Below are positions 1 to 13,074 of a stretch of 64,000 bases of DNA, piece after piece. The notes under the pieces were generated by a model. The model searched no databases. It had not been told where the DNA came from and saw only the letters and a list, made by a program, of their open reading frames with translations. The stretch spans positions 253,022,001 through 253,086,000 of the forward strand of contig OZ024741.1 in NCBI GenBank assembly GCA_964016885.1, read 5' to 3'. Position numbers and translations under genes: made by a program. Source of the stretch: Eledone cirrhosa (lineage: Eukaryota). Each line of letters starts with the position of its first letter. Positions within the stretch are counted from its first letter, which is position 1.

Positions 1-1280
1 GATAGTCTACTCTACTTCCCCCATCCCGCCATACTTTCCAAGCCTGCTTTTTGGCCTTAATTGACCCCTCCACCTTACTGTTCCACCACCATGTTACTCT
101 CCTCCTGCCTACAGGCCTGCTCCAGCCACAGACTTCGTCTGTCGCCAACAGCAGGTTTGCTTTCAGAAATTCCCACTGTCCCTCTATATTGTCCGACTCT
201 AAATGTTCTTCCTTACTGTCGAAAGCATCAAGTAATATGTTTTGAAATTTATTTTTGGCTGTGGGGTCCTTTAGCTTCCATATTTTTCTCCTGAGGATAG
301 TCCTCTTCTGCTGTCGAGTACGTCTCGTCCTGACTATGAGGTCGCTAATTATCAGTCTATGTTGGGAGGTGCATTCTTCATGGGGGAGGGATTTAGTGTT
401 TACAACAGACACTCTGTCACGTCTTCTGGTAAGGATATAATCTACCTGGCTTGTGTGTTCCCCGGATCTATAGGTGATCAGGTGATTGTCACGTTTTTTG
501 AAGTTAGTGTTACAGATAGTTAGGTTATTTGCATCACAGAATTCCAGGATTCTGGAGCCTTCCTCATTTCTAGTACCAAACCCATAGCCTCCATGGATTT
601 CGTCGTAGCCGTCACAATGTTGCCCAACGTGACCATTTAGGTCGCCTGCAATAATTATATAGTCACTGTCAGATATTTGGGAGGTAGTGAGCATCAGTGT
701 TTCATAGAATCTGTCTTTTATAGTGCCGGGCAGTCCGGATTGGGGTGCGTACGCAGATATTACTGTCACCGTAGTTCTATTGAGGACAAGTCGTATTTTA
801 ATTATTCTGTCGTTCACTCTATTTACGTCTATTATCTTATCTGCCCACTTTTCTGCTACCATGATTCCTACTCCACCCAGCCCATCGTCGTTTCCCACCC
901 AGAAAAGCTTATAACATCGTTTTTTACCCTCAATGAATCTAGCAGACCCACCCCTCCACCTGGTCTCTTGAATACAACAAACATCGACCTCCTTACGTTC
1001 AAGCATTTCTACAACCTCGTTAGCGCGACCCTTTAGGGTGCCTACATTTATGGTACCAACTCTGGGGTTTTGGATCGCGTTTGGAGGGCGGGGGGTGGTG
1101 GGGGGCGGGGGGAGATGGGGTTATGTTAGCCATCCGCGGGCGAAACAAAGAAGAGTGCTCGCATTCTCGTCCACGAGGTGAATTTGACTTTAACATTGGC
1201 ATTTTCGCTCTGAGCGTCCAGATTTTTCTCTCCCTTCCACTCTCCAGGATTCCGCAGTCCGTCCATCCATCCATCTATCC
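1..1280 (-). mobile_element. RTE-clade LINE, 5' portion (probable 5' UTR plus APE endonuclease), continues beyond the left window edge
   Basis: Minus-strand translation gives VGTINVGTL..VDVCCIQETRW..GVGIMV..ISAYAPQ..IAGDLNGHVG..SQVDYIL..SQHRLIISDL..TWWWN, which are APE motifs of RTE elements. It is homologous to the RTE at 9450. Confidence 0.9.
2..1060 (-). CDS. RTE ORF (APE endonuclease plus linker), partial, open to the window edge
   Basis: Manual translation shows no stop from 1060 to 2, which explains its absence from the ORF track. The likely ATG at 1133 (MANITPSPP) is in another frame across G/C homopolymer runs. Confidence 0.75.
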
Positions 1281-1473
1281 ATCATATATCGAAGGCAACC
1301 GTGCAAGCGATAGTATAGGCCTCTGGCTTATGATTGGTCCGCGTAATAATAATAATGGTGATGCGTGGGGGGGGGGGGTCTCTGGCTTATAATAATAATG
1401 GTGATACGTGTGGGGGGGGTCTCTGGCTTATGATTGGTCCACGTATTAAGAATGGTGGTGTGTGGGGTAGCTA

Positions 1474-1757
1474 ACTGGAAGGTTATGAATGTTTAACAGC
1501 GAGTAACAAAAAGCAAAACTGCAAGATTTGTTCTGTTCAATACGACAAAAACACCTTAATAAATAACCTTAATAAATAACAAAAAATACAGATTTCGGAT
1601 TTTGCGAGATTGGATGTTTGGACTATGTACGAAATTGTGGTGTGTGGAGTAGATAGGAAAAACGTGAACGTTACGATTACATGGTTACACCGTAGTAGGG
1701 ATAGTTGAAGCAGCAATTGTTTGGCGAAAGTGAATAAACATGAACGGGAATTTATCT

Positions 1758-1790
<33 letters not shown>

Positions 1791-1823
1791 AGCTAAGAGA
1801 GAGAGAGAGAGAGAGTGGGAAGG

Positions 1824-1860
<37 letters not shown>

Positions 1861-2297
1861 TGACCGCAACCCCTCGTGAAGAAGATGGTGGGTGAAGGGT
1901 GTATGAGCGGGATTTTTTGACTTTCGAGGTAGCATGGTATATATATTTAAAGTAAATTATAAGAAGTAGAATGGGAAGGATTTTGTTTTTTTGTTTTTTT
2001 TTTGTTTGAGAATACGATAGAATTAAGAATGGGAAGGATTTTGTTTTTTGTTTGGGAATACGATGGAATTAAGGAATTTAAGGAATTGGAGAATACGATA
2101 GAATTAAGGAATTGAGGAGCTGGAAGGTTATGAATGTTTAACAGCGAGTAACAAAAAGCAAAACTGCAAGATTTGTTCTGTTCAATACGACAAAAACACC
2201 GTATTTAAACCTTAATAAATAACAAAAAATACAGATTTCGGATTTTGCGAGATTGGATGTTTGGACTATGTACGAAATTGTGGTGTGTGGAGTAGAT
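1474..2297. repeat. ~180-bp direct repeat pair (1474-1657 and 2119-2297) in an unclassified repeat; three short repeats at 1320-1450
   Basis: ctggaaggttatgaatgttt...gtgtggagtagata occurs twice, near-identical. Confidence 0.8.
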
Positions 2298-2298
2298 A

Positions 2299-2492
2299 TT
2301 CTTCTTCACCCACTGATTCCTGAGAGGGCCATGGGAGCAGAGTCCTCAAACACTTTCCAGCTAGTTCTGTCTGTCAGAAGCAACCGTGTCCAACTGATCT
2401 GCATTCCCAAGCGAGACCAGCCAAACTCATGAATGTTATCAACCATCTTGCTCAGGGGTCTACCTATGGCAAGATGGATGGATAACATCCAT
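2299..2492 (-). mobile_element. 3' fragment of an RTE-like LINE family with a (GAA)n tail
   Basis: Similar to 14363-14787 and 36551-36983; GRP..W.D-like C-terminal motif. Confidence 0.65.
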
Positions 2493-2837
2493 TTTTTTTG
2501 TTGGGTGGGGTAGTGAGAGAACATTTATATATATTTTATAGTATCATGACTCTTATACTATGTGGGCTAAGACCCCCATTAAAAGATCTCTAGTATTAAA
2601 GGTTTATCTATTGATATTATGAGTTTGGTGTAGAGTTAGTTTAGTTAAGTTTTTAACTGAGAGAGGAATAGAATGACCTTTATTTAGGTATTTTTAATGT
2701 AGGTATAATATATTTCATAATTGGGGGTATAATATATTGTCTGCCTTATTCTTTTTATATTTGTCTACACTATTTAGTTTGTTGATATGGATGTGATATA
2801 TTGTTAAATGTTAATATAATACAGTTAATTTATTATG

Positions 2838-3066
2838 TTAGCCCTTTAGCATTTACATTATTCTATATCTACTATTGTATTTTCATGGTAAGGGCTTTAC
2901 CTTACATAATTATCTCAGATAGTATCGAATTTATGAGATTTCGATATCATTTATTTTGCGAAGAATACCTTAACATAAGTATGAGTAGCCAGTTATGGCC
3001 AGTTTGAACAGAAAGAGGTGAGAGAATTCTGGCCAGATATGGCTGATTTAAATACTAAAGGGTTAA
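2838..3066. mobile_element. piggyBac-like MITE (CCCTTTAGCATTTA TIRs, TTAA-like flanks)
   Basis: ttagccctttagcattta...taaatactaaagggttaa. Other copies lie at 29587-29808 and 57116-57329. Confidence 0.75.
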
Positions 3067-3630
3067 ACATGGTATTTGTAGCTGAGTAATTGTATATTAT
3101 ATAGTGAGTCTTGATTGGTTTAGGCTTCGTGTAGTCTTCTAACTTTGTTTCAATGTTTTGATGCACATGGGTTTGGAGCATTATTTCTCTTTATTTTTCC
3201 ATCTTTATTTGAGTAATTCACCAAAACACACTTGTCCTGTGTCTCCCTGTTTTCTTGTGTCTCAATATGCACTGGAATTAATAATATCAACGTTAATGGA
3301 CTGAAACCATAGAGATTTCCAAAAGTTGACTGAAGAGATGGAACTGTTATTTTTTCCATTATTTTTTTCTTTTTCTATTGTCTTTGTTTTGTTTTCTACT
3401 TGTGGTTGATTGGATGATATACATGTATTTTCATGAGGAGCTAATTAGATCCAAAAATTGATTAAACATTTGTGAATTTTTCTGGGAAATTCATATTTTC
3501 GGGCATGTTTACATGCCTACTTATAAGATATAAGTATCTGTTTATATCTGGAGTCTCAGTTAAACACTCTGTATTTATACTGATATAACTTTATCATATC
3601 TCTCTCTCTTTCTCTCTCTCTATATATATA

Positions 3631-4170
<540 letters not shown>

Positions 4171-4502
4171 CACACACTCACACACATATATATATCATAG
4201 ACAGATAGACAAGTAGATAGATTGATTGACAGACTGACAGAACTGGCAGAGAACACTGATTTTTGGAATGAAAACATTTACAACATTTACACTTCTCGTC
4301 TTTGTTTTTCTTTTATGTCTTACTTTTAATTCTTTTTTATGCATACTAAATAAAAATTTTAGAACAATTTTGCCAGAATGTACGTTTGTGTGACAGACAA
4401 AAAATTGTGTACAATCATTTTAATGCATATTAAGCATAGAGCCATAACATTGGTTATAATTTTGATATCAATATATATATTATATATATGTATATATATA
4501 TA

Positions 4503-4895
4503 TCATCATCATCATCTTTTTTATATCCCCTTTTCCATGCCTGCATGTATTGGATGGGTCCTTCTCAGCATGGCATCTCTCCACTTGTCGCATTCTTTCG
4601 TCATCTTCTCTGCCAGTCTAAGTGATTTTAGGTCAGCTCTGACAATCTCTACCCAGGTCTTTCTTGGTTGTCCTCTACTGTGGCTTCCTTCCACTGGGTT
4701 TTCCTGGCATTTATTCACCCATTGGTCATTGACCATGCACATCACATGTCCATACCAATGCTGTCTTCTCTACTGTCTACTATCTCAGATTCCCCTTAAA
4801 CCCAGCTTCTCTCTCAGCTAATCCAGGCTCTGCCTTTCTCTCACATTTACATTGCACATCCAATGAAGCATGGCTGCTTCATTTCTCTCCAGTAT
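4503..4895 (-). mobile_element. RTE LINE 3' fragment (short-tail family)
   Basis: ORF 4521..4745 encodes RGQPRKTW..DKWRDA; (GAT)n tail. Confidence 0.85.
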
Positions 4896-4896
4896 A

Positions 4897-4944
<48 letters not shown>

Positions 4945-5016
4945 GGTAAACATTGATGCAATTCAATTCAAACACTCAACGTACTTTTTCGACATAGGAG
5001 TGACGGAGTAAATATC

Positions 5017-5349
5017 GAATAAGGAAAAGCGAAGTAGTTTCAGATGTTCAAGTCCTTTAATAATAATTGTTTCTACTTTAGGCACAAGGCCAGCAATTAC
5101 CCAGTGCATTACTGGTACTTTATTTTATCGACCCCGTAAGGATGAAAGGCAAAGTGAACCTCGGCGGGATTTGAACTCAGATCGTAAAGGGACGTAACTA
5201 TGCTGGAAAGCATGGCGTCCGACCCTCTACCGATACTGCCAATCCACGTGATATATATTTCAATGATGACACTGGCCAGTGTCATCATTGAAATATATAT
5301 CACAGCATTATTATTAAAGGACTTGAACATCTGAAACTACTTCGCTTTT

Positions 5350-5356
<7 letters not shown>
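5017..5356. repeat. ~50-bp inverted repeat (5017-5066 / 5308-5356) bracketing a SINE
   Basis: taaggaaaagcgaagtagtttcagatgttcaagtcctttaataata and its reverse complement. Confidence 0.85.
5063..5248 (-). mobile_element. tRNA-derived SINE with Meta/MESC-like core
   Basis: B box gagttcaaatcc; core ctttgcctttcatccttacggggtcgataaaataaagtacc. Further copies at 5518, 14013, 15243, 37100 and 58105. Confidence 0.8.
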
Positions 5357-5394
<38 letters not shown>

Positions 5395-5433
5395 TTTATT
5401 TATTTAATTATATAATAAACAACACAATATAAT

Positions 5434-5507
5434 TATTCCATTACCTAAGGTTTCATGAAACTAGGCGATCTTAACAGAAACGTCTAGCGCGTTCATCAGA
5501 TAAAATA
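5434..5507 (-). ncRNA. Type I hammerhead ribozyme motif (Penelope-type)
   Basis: tattttat-CTGATGA-acgcg ctagacg..cgcctag tttcat-GAAA-CCTTAGG-TA-atggaata. Stem I is 8 bp (2 GU); stem III ACCT-T-AGGT is near-palindromic; the base of stem II is imperfect. Confidence 0.65.
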
Positions 5508-5517
5508 GTTAACTATT

Positions 5518-5702
5518 AGTGGATTGGCAGTATCGGTAGAGGGTTGGAAACCATGCTTTCCAGCATAGTTACGTCCCTTTACAATCTGAGTTCAAATCCC
5601 GCCGAGGTTGACTTTGCCTTTCATCCTTACGGGGTCGATAAAATAAAGTACCAGTAATACACTGGATAATTGCTGGCCTTGTGCCAAAAAGTAGAAACAA
5701 TT
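5518..5702 (+). mobile_element. tRNA-derived SINE (Meta/MESC-like), inverted relative to the 5063 copy
   Basis: Reverse complement of 5063-5248. Confidence 0.8.
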
Positions 5703-5867
5703 AATAGATAACTAGACATTTCTGTAAGAGTCGTCTAGTTTCATGAAACCTTAGGTAATGGAATAATTATATTGTGTTGTTTAGTATGTAATTAAATAGC
5801 TCTGTACTGTACATAGAGCACTCTTCTTTCCTTTACCTTTTAACGGAAATACATAACATATATATAT

Positions 5868-6684
5868 AAATTCTATAAAATGCATACAATGCAGATCCTG
5901 GGTACACAAGAGATGTAGTGGGATAGCAGGCAAACTAACAGGTAGGGAGAAATATGTATGCAGTAGATGTACAGGGAAATTAGACAGTAGAAGTCGCATT
6001 GATAGACACATTTTTCAAATGCAGGCAGGTGCTATAGAAGTGGTGGATAGCTTCCGGTACCTAGGAGATCAGATTAGCATGGGAGGAGGAGGGGGGGTGT
6101 TCCGAGGCCATAGTATCTAGAATAAGGACGGGTTGGAAGAAGTTTAGGGAGCTGCTTCTTCTGATGACGAAGAAGGGTTTCTCCCTGCGTATGAAAGGCC
6201 GGTTGTATGATGCCTGTGTGAGGAGCGCGATGCTGCATGGTAGTGAGACATGGGCAGCAACCGCAGAGGATATGCGACGGCTGGAGAGAAATGAGGTAAG
6301 CATGCTCCGTTGGATGTGCAGTGTAAATGTGCGTGAATGACCTAGCATGAATGTGTTGAGAGAGAAACTGTGTCTGAGAGGGATAGAATGTAGTGTACGG
6401 GAGAGGAGACTGAGGTGGTATGGACATGTGATGCGTATGGAGGATTACTAATATGGGTGAAGAAGTGCCAGGAAATGCCAGTTGAAGGAAGACGTGGTAG
6501 AGGTAGACCACGAAAAACATTGGCGGAGGTGGTGAAAACAGACCCCAGATCGCTGAAGCTCACGGTGGAGATGACGAAGGACCGTGACAAGTGGAGAGAT
6601 GCTGTGCTGAATAGGACCCGTCCCACCCTTGCATGCAGGGAAAAGCGGACGTAAAATGATGATGATGATGATGTTAATGATGAG
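5868..6684 (+). mobile_element. 5'-truncated RTE LINE (short-tail family, tail type B), disrupted
   Basis: CIQCRSWVHKRCSGI, FRYLGD, LHGSETW and RGRPRKT motifs; ends cccacccttgcatgcagggaaaagcggacgtaaaa(tga)n. Confidence 0.9.
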
Positions 6685-6979
6685 ATATATATATATATAT
6701 ATCTCCAGTGCCTGATAACTTCATGACCGCCGCTTTCAGTTTGTTTGGCCTCTATAACGTATGTTAATTGCTCTGGTCTTCTTTTAGTCCATTGAGTGCT
6801 TGCCGCATATCTCGAAAATTGCGTTTCGCTTTGTTTGACCACAGCCGAAATACGATCTCGCTGAAATTTTATTTGTATATATATACACACCCAAGCATAT
6901 ATAGAATAATAGAAGAATCATTTTACGTCTGCTTTTTCCCTGCTTGCAAGGGTATATATATATATATATATATATATAT

Positions 6980-7319
6980 CATTTCATTTCATTTCATTTT
7001 ACGTCCGCTTTTCCCTGCTTGCAAGGGTGGGACAGGAACTGATTCTGGCTTGATTTCTACAGCTGGATGCCCTTCCTAACACCAACCTCATTTACAGTGA
7101 GTTCTGGGTGCTTTTTTGCCGTGGCACCTCCACGACCACTTTGCAGTGGAATGATAGGGACCCAAGTCCTATCATCTCATTTCTACAGCTGAGTAAACTG
7201 GAGCAATGTGAAATAAAGTGCCTTGCTCAAGGAAACAACACATCGCCCGGTCTGAGAATTGAACTCACAACCTTTTGATTGCAAGGCCAATGCTCTAACC
7301 ACTAAGCCAAGTGCCTCCA
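6980..7319 (-). mobile_element. tRNA/CORE-like SINE with tail type B
   Basis: Same head and body as the 3631 copy, but the 3' end is cccacccttgcaagcagggaaaagcggacgtaaaa. Confidence 0.85.
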
Positions 7320-7707
7320 TATATATATGAAATTATTTTGCTTTTTTATTAAGAAAATCATTCTGCACTTATTCTGCACTTTAAGCGCAGCCAATTTCAC
7401 TATTAGTTATGTTGCCTAAGTAATAGAAAATATCAACTACTTCTACTGGTGCTCTTATTACCAATTATCACCGTGCCTCTGCCATACACAAAGCATACCT
7501 TCTTTATTAACCTACCTGTCAGCTCACTTCACATCTTGTCTACCTCCATTTTACATTGGAACTCCTACCTACTCTTTTATCTATATATCAAATACAATTT
7601 TTCCTTGATAGCAGCTTTACTAAGTTTATTCTGAGTTGTTGAATCTAGATTTTATTTCCATATCTAGATTCTTTTCTGGATCTTTCACAGATTCAGCAAT
7701 GAGAATT

Positions 7708-8082
7708 CCTATATATACTTGGATATAAGCAGAGGAATGTGACACCAAAAAATCGATGGTAAAATGGGGCGGTCAGATTATATTCGAGGTGAATATTCTG
7801 ATGATTTTCACCAATTTTAAATTCTACGTAAATATGTTGTTATAATATCTGGAGACTTTATTTCACAATGAAACACTGTTTTTCTACATTTACTATATCG
7901 CTGCCAATTTTATTTATACTTTGCATTGAGAACATTCCCAACAAATTTTTATTATATGACCTTTATAATACATAAATATCCCCTACACCTCAACATATGC
8001 ACACATGCACTCAGGCATAAAATAGACTGGGGGTGGGGTGTACTTATATTTGAATTGGTTTATATTCAAGTATATACAGTAA
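7708..8082. mobile_element. Decayed pogo/Tigger-like MITE
   Basis: Imperfect TIRs tatatacttggatataa / ttatattcaagtatatacagta. Confidence 0.45.
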
Positions 8083-8522
8083 GTCTTCAGTATATAGTTC
8101 CTATGGAAGTTTGGTTTTAAACTCCTCAATGATAAGTTGAGGAACACTATTTCTCCCATCATAATCTCATTCATTTTACATGCTCACTCTGATTCTTTTT
8201 TCATTTCTCTCTCTCTCTCTCTCTCTCTCTCACTCACTATCTCTCTCCCTCTTCCTAACCCCCCACTCTCTCTCTCTCTCTCTCTCTCTCCCCCTCTCTC
8301 TCTTGTCTTGTTGAATACATAATTTGCCTAGTCCTTGGGTGATGTTAAAATTCATCCAGCACATTCTTTAAGGTGGTTAATACTAAGAAATGATTCTTCC
8401 TATAAAAAAACCTACACCAAAAATTAAAATATAGAGGTGAAAATTAGTAAGATGACTCCATCAAGAGTGCCAGTAAATCCAAATAATAACTCAGATTGTG
8501 ATCATCATTATTCATATATATA

Positions 8523-8560
<38 letters not shown>

Positions 8561-8611
8561 CGCTAGCATGGAATAACGGACGTAAAACGGTGATGATGAT
8601 ATATGTATACA

Positions 8612-8642
<31 letters not shown>

Positions 8643-8847
8643 AGTATGTATACTTATATACATATATGTATACAGACGTACAGTAGTATGTATATATATA
8701 TACATACATGCACACATATATATATGTACGTATGGATTCACCGAACATTTATTATAATGCTCGGTGTGTTTGTAAACAAACATCCCGAATTAAGCCGTAC
8801 AGTGTCTAGCAACCATCGTTGCTCATTTGTTTAACACTGACAAAGGA

Positions 8848-8890
8848 ACGCTGTACTAGTTTCAAGTTTATTAGCTATCGTCAGCAACGT
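8848..8890 (-). ncRNA. Minimal type I hammerhead ribozyme
   Basis: acgttg-CTGACGA-tagctaataaactt-GAAA-CTAG-TA-cagcgt. Stem I is 6 bp and stem III is the palindrome ACTAGT. Confidence 0.8.
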
Positions 8891-9133
8891 ATACCTTCCT
8901 GCCAGTTGATTGAACGTCTGAAAGTATATACTTTCCTTATGCATATTAACGGCCCAGCAGCCTAATTTGCATATCGAGTGAGTTAATCGGCCGGGCGCAC
9001 CGAAAACGATACACGGAAAAAATGAAATGAAATTTCATTTCTCACTCTTAGTACGGCTGTTACTTAAATATAAGTATGTATACGTACATACATATATGTA
9101 TACAGATGTACAGTAGTATACGTACAGTAGTAT

Positions 9134-9176
9134 ACATTGTTGATGATAGCTAATAAGCTTGAAACTAGTACAGCGT
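9134..9176 (+). ncRNA. Hammerhead ribozyme copy with a core C>T change (TTGATGA)
   Basis: acattg-TTGATGA-t agct aata agct t-GAAA-CTAG-TA-cagcgt. Confidence 0.65.
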
Positions 9177-9448
9177 TCCTTTGTCAGTGTTGAACAAATG
9201 AGCAACGATGGTTGCTAGACACTGTACGGCTTAATTCAGGATGTTTGATTGCAAACACACCGAGCATTATAATAAATGTTCGGTGAATCCATACGTACAT
9301 ATATATATGTGTGCATGTATGTATATATATATACATACTACTGTACATCTGTATACATATATGTATGTACGTATACATACTTATATTTAAGTAACAGCCG
9401 TACTAAGAGTGAGAAATGAAATTTTGTTTCTTTTTTTCCGTTTATCGT

Positions 9449-12400
9449 CCTGAATAAAACAATTACCACAATAATATCAGCTTACACACCTCAATTGTGG
9501 TTGCCAAACGAACTTAAAGATAGGTTTTACGAGTCCCTAATGCACACTACTGCTCTAACAAACGACAATGACTTCCTAATCATTGCAGGAGATTTTAACC
9601 GACATGTAGGTAAACACCGTGACGGCTTCTATAGATCCTATGGAGGCCACAGGGTTGGTACAAGAAATGAAGAAGGCTTCAGGCTTCTAGAATTCTGCGA
9701 CACCAATGACATGTCGATATGTAACACAAACTTCAAAAAACCCGACAACTATCTGATCATCTATAGATCAGGGAGCATTCTAGTCAGATAGATTTTATCC
9801 TCATCAGAGGACGTGACAGTTGGACGGTCGTAAACACAAAAGCCTTCCCTAGTGAGGAATGTACCTCCCAACATAACTTAGTTTTCAGCGACCTCACGGT
9901 CAGAACTAGACGAACCTGGAATCAGAAGCTAACCTGGAGAAGAAAGACCCCTCAACCATTAACAGATTTAAAGATATTTTACTCAACGCCTATGACAGTA
10001 AAGAAGAACAGATAGAGACATTCAATGTAGAAGAGAACTGGGAGTTCCTAAAAAATAACTTACTAAAGGTGACGGATGAGATCTGTGGCTGGAGTAAGAC
10101 CAGGCAGGAGGAGAGTGACTTGGTGGTGGAACAATAAAGTAGATGAGGCAGTTAAGGTAAAGAGACAGTCATGGAAAGAATGGAAGAACGGGGGGAGCAG
10201 GGTACATTACATAGAGACCAGGAGGGAAGCTAGGCGACAAGTATACTTAGCTAGGAGGGAAGCGGAGGATAGAAAATTCAAGCATGTTTTGCAACGAGCA
10301 AACCAGAAACAGGAGGTGTTTAAGATTGCGAGGCAGTGTGTCAGAGAGAATTGTGATGTCATTGGAGAGAAGTGTATCCGGAATGATAAAGGTGAGCTTG
10401 CCCTCACAAGTGCTGAGAAGAAAGATGCGTGGAAGAGCCATTATGAAAGATTACTAAATGAGGAGAATGCATAGGAAGAAGAGACCCTACCCCAAAAAGA
10501 CCCTATAGAGGGGTCAGCAGTACATGACAGCAGCAGCGTAGTAAGTAAGGCAATCAAAGATATGAAGGCAACCGGTCCATCGGGTATAGCTGCCATGATG
10601 CTGAAGGCATCTAGGTCAATAGGTCACACCATAACCACACATATTGTTAACCAGGTAATACTAGAAGGTGTCATACCAAAGGATTGGTGCAGTAGCATCA
10701 TTGTCAATTGCTACAAGGGTAAAGGTGATGCACTAGATAGAGGAAACTATAGAGGTATAAAGCTGATGGACCAGATCATGAAAGTAATAGAAAGAGTTAT
10801 AGCACAGTTGATTAGGGACCGGGTGAAACTTGATGAGATGCAATTTGGGTTTGTACCAGGAAGAGGCACCACTGATGCTCTCTTCCTAGTGCGGCAGTTA
10901 CAGGAAAAGTACCTAGCTAAAAGTAAGCCGCTCTACCTGGTATTCATCGATCTCGAGAAAGCCTTTGACAGAGTTCCCCGTGCTATAATCTGGTGGGTTC
11001 TTAGAAAACTAGGAGTAGATGAATGGCTTGTGAAAGCTGTACAAGCCATGTATAGGGGAGCAGTCAGCAAAGTTAGGATTAGCAATGACTATAGTGAGGA
11101 ATTTAGCATACAGGTTGGTAACCCACCAGGGCTCTGTACTTAGCCCTCTCCTGTTCATCATAGTTTTGCAGGCAATAACGGAGGAGTTTAAGACCAGATA
11201 ACCATGGAAACTCCTGTAGGCAGATGACCTTGCACTTATAGCTGAATCTATGGTAGAACTAGAGAAGAAATTCCAAACTTGGAAGCAGGGACTAGAAAGA
11301 AAGGGTCTCAAAGTCAACCTGACAAAGACTAAGGTCCTTGTAAGTAGACGAGAAAACAGAACCCAGATCCCCTCAGGGAAATGGCCTTGCTCAGTATGTA
11401 GGAAAGGTGTAGGTAGGAACTCGATTCTCTGCCCCAAATGCAAACAATGGGGACACAAGAGATGTAGCGGGATCTCAGGAAGCTTAACTAAGAATGTAGG
11501 CTTCCCAAGTAGCAGCTGTTCTGGGACAGCAAGCAGCAAACAGCCACAGGAAACAAGTACCAACAAACTCTGGGAGGGCTCTGTAGAAACAGTAGACAGC
11601 TTCTGCTACCTAGGTGACCAAATTAGCACCGGAGATGGGTATTCGGAAAGTACAATAACTAGGGTAAGAATGGGATGGAAGAAGTTCAGGGAGCTACTGC
11701 CACTGTTAGCTGCAAAAGGCTTTTCCCTCAAAATGAAAGGCAGACTGTATGATGTGTGTATACGAACAGTAATGTTACATGGTAGTGAGACCTGGGTGCT
11801 GTCTGTGGAAGACTTGTGTAGATTAGAAAGAAACAAAGCCTACATGCTCCGATGGATGTGTAATAGTAATATACGCGAACGGCAAAGTATAAACGAATTG
11901 AGAGAGAGACTGAGCATAAGAGGAATCAAATGCTGTGTGCAGGAGAGGCGGTTGCATTGGTATGGACATGTGATACGTATGAAGGATGACAGCTGCATTA
12001 AAAGGTGCAGAGCACTAGAAGTCGATGGAAACCGCGGAGTGGGGAGACCTAAGAAGACCTGGGATGAGGTGATAAAAGCTGATCTTACCCAATTACACCT
12101 CTCAAACGCGATGACACATGATCGTGACATCTGGCATCGTGCAGTAATACAGAAGACCTGACCCCCCCAACGGGTACAAGCCAAAGCTGAAGCATATAGA
12201 CAATATGCCCCCACACCCTTCCACTGCAAAGTGGTCGTGAAGGTGCCACGGCAAAAAAGCACCTAGCTCAAACTGTAAAGTGGACGTGTAGGCGCCACGG
12301 AAAAAAGCACCCAGCACTCACTGTAAATGAGGTTGGTGTTAGGAAGGGCATCCAGCTGTAGAAATCAAGCCAGAATCAGTTCCCGTATGACCAAGACATG

Positions 12401-12487
12401 GTCAGCCGACCGGCTACTTCCCGCAACAGGACAACCTGTCTAACCCATGCTAGAACAGACATAAAACGGTGATGATGATGATGATGA
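9449..12487 (+). mobile_element. Near-full-length RTE LINE (partial APE, RT, PHD-like finger, 3' UTR), with stops and frameshifts
   Basis: ORFs at 9495, 10076, 10562 and 11250 encode AGDFN, NYRGIKL, QFGF, DLEKAFDRV and LHGSETW. YADD is mutated to *ADD at ~11217; (GAT)n tail. Confidence 0.95.
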
Positions 12488-13074
12488 GATATATATATAT
12501 ATATATATATATATAAACATATATATATATATAAACATATATATATAAATAATATATGTGTTGTGTGTGTGTGTGTGTGTGTATGAGGATTTCTGCATGA
12601 AAGAACAGAGATGCAAACAGGACTGAAAAAAAAAAGACATAATGTCTTCACTCATCAACTGCAAATTGGAATGGACAGTGAATGATTTCAACTTATGCAT
12701 ATATGTTTATGTGTGTGTGTGCATGTATGTATATATATATGCATATATATATATATGTATGTATAATTGTATATATACATATATGTATATATGTATATAT
12801 GTATATATATGTATATATATATGCATGTCAGGTCCTTTACCAAGTAACGGGCAGGGAAAATATGTTAGTTCCCCCAGCCCTTCCCAGCACATTTCAATTG
12901 TGCACCCTCAGATTTATGGTGATATGCTTATTCTAAAATACCACCTTAGAATTACTGTGAATTAGCGTGTTCACACTGAATGTGATGGTGCCCCCCCCCC
13001 CCCCCCACATACATACAGCTCCTCCCATTTCTCCAGCACCAATGCCTATTGACAGGCATGATGTATATATCCTT

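Larger units (their letters stand above)
5416..5781. repeat. ~70-bp inverted repeat (5416-5487 / 5711-5781) carrying the hammerhead 3' half and bracketing a second SINE
   Basis: aacaacacaatataattattccattacctaaggtttcatgaaactag and its reverse complement. Confidence 0.85.
8641..9448. mobile_element. Nested inverted (fold-back) Penelope-type pLTR fragment
   Basis: 8641-8895 is the reverse complement of ~9130-9385 (see the twin ORFs 8646+ and 9184-). 9005-9120 is the reverse complement of ~9335-9448. Hammerhead motifs lie in the arms; (TA)n flank on the left. Confidence 0.75.

Noticed and set aside
1134-1260. HDV-like ribozyme in the RTE 5' UTR
   Set aside because: Such ribozymes are known in some RTEs and ttcacctcgtgg is suggestive, but P1, P2 and P3 could not be closed by eye.
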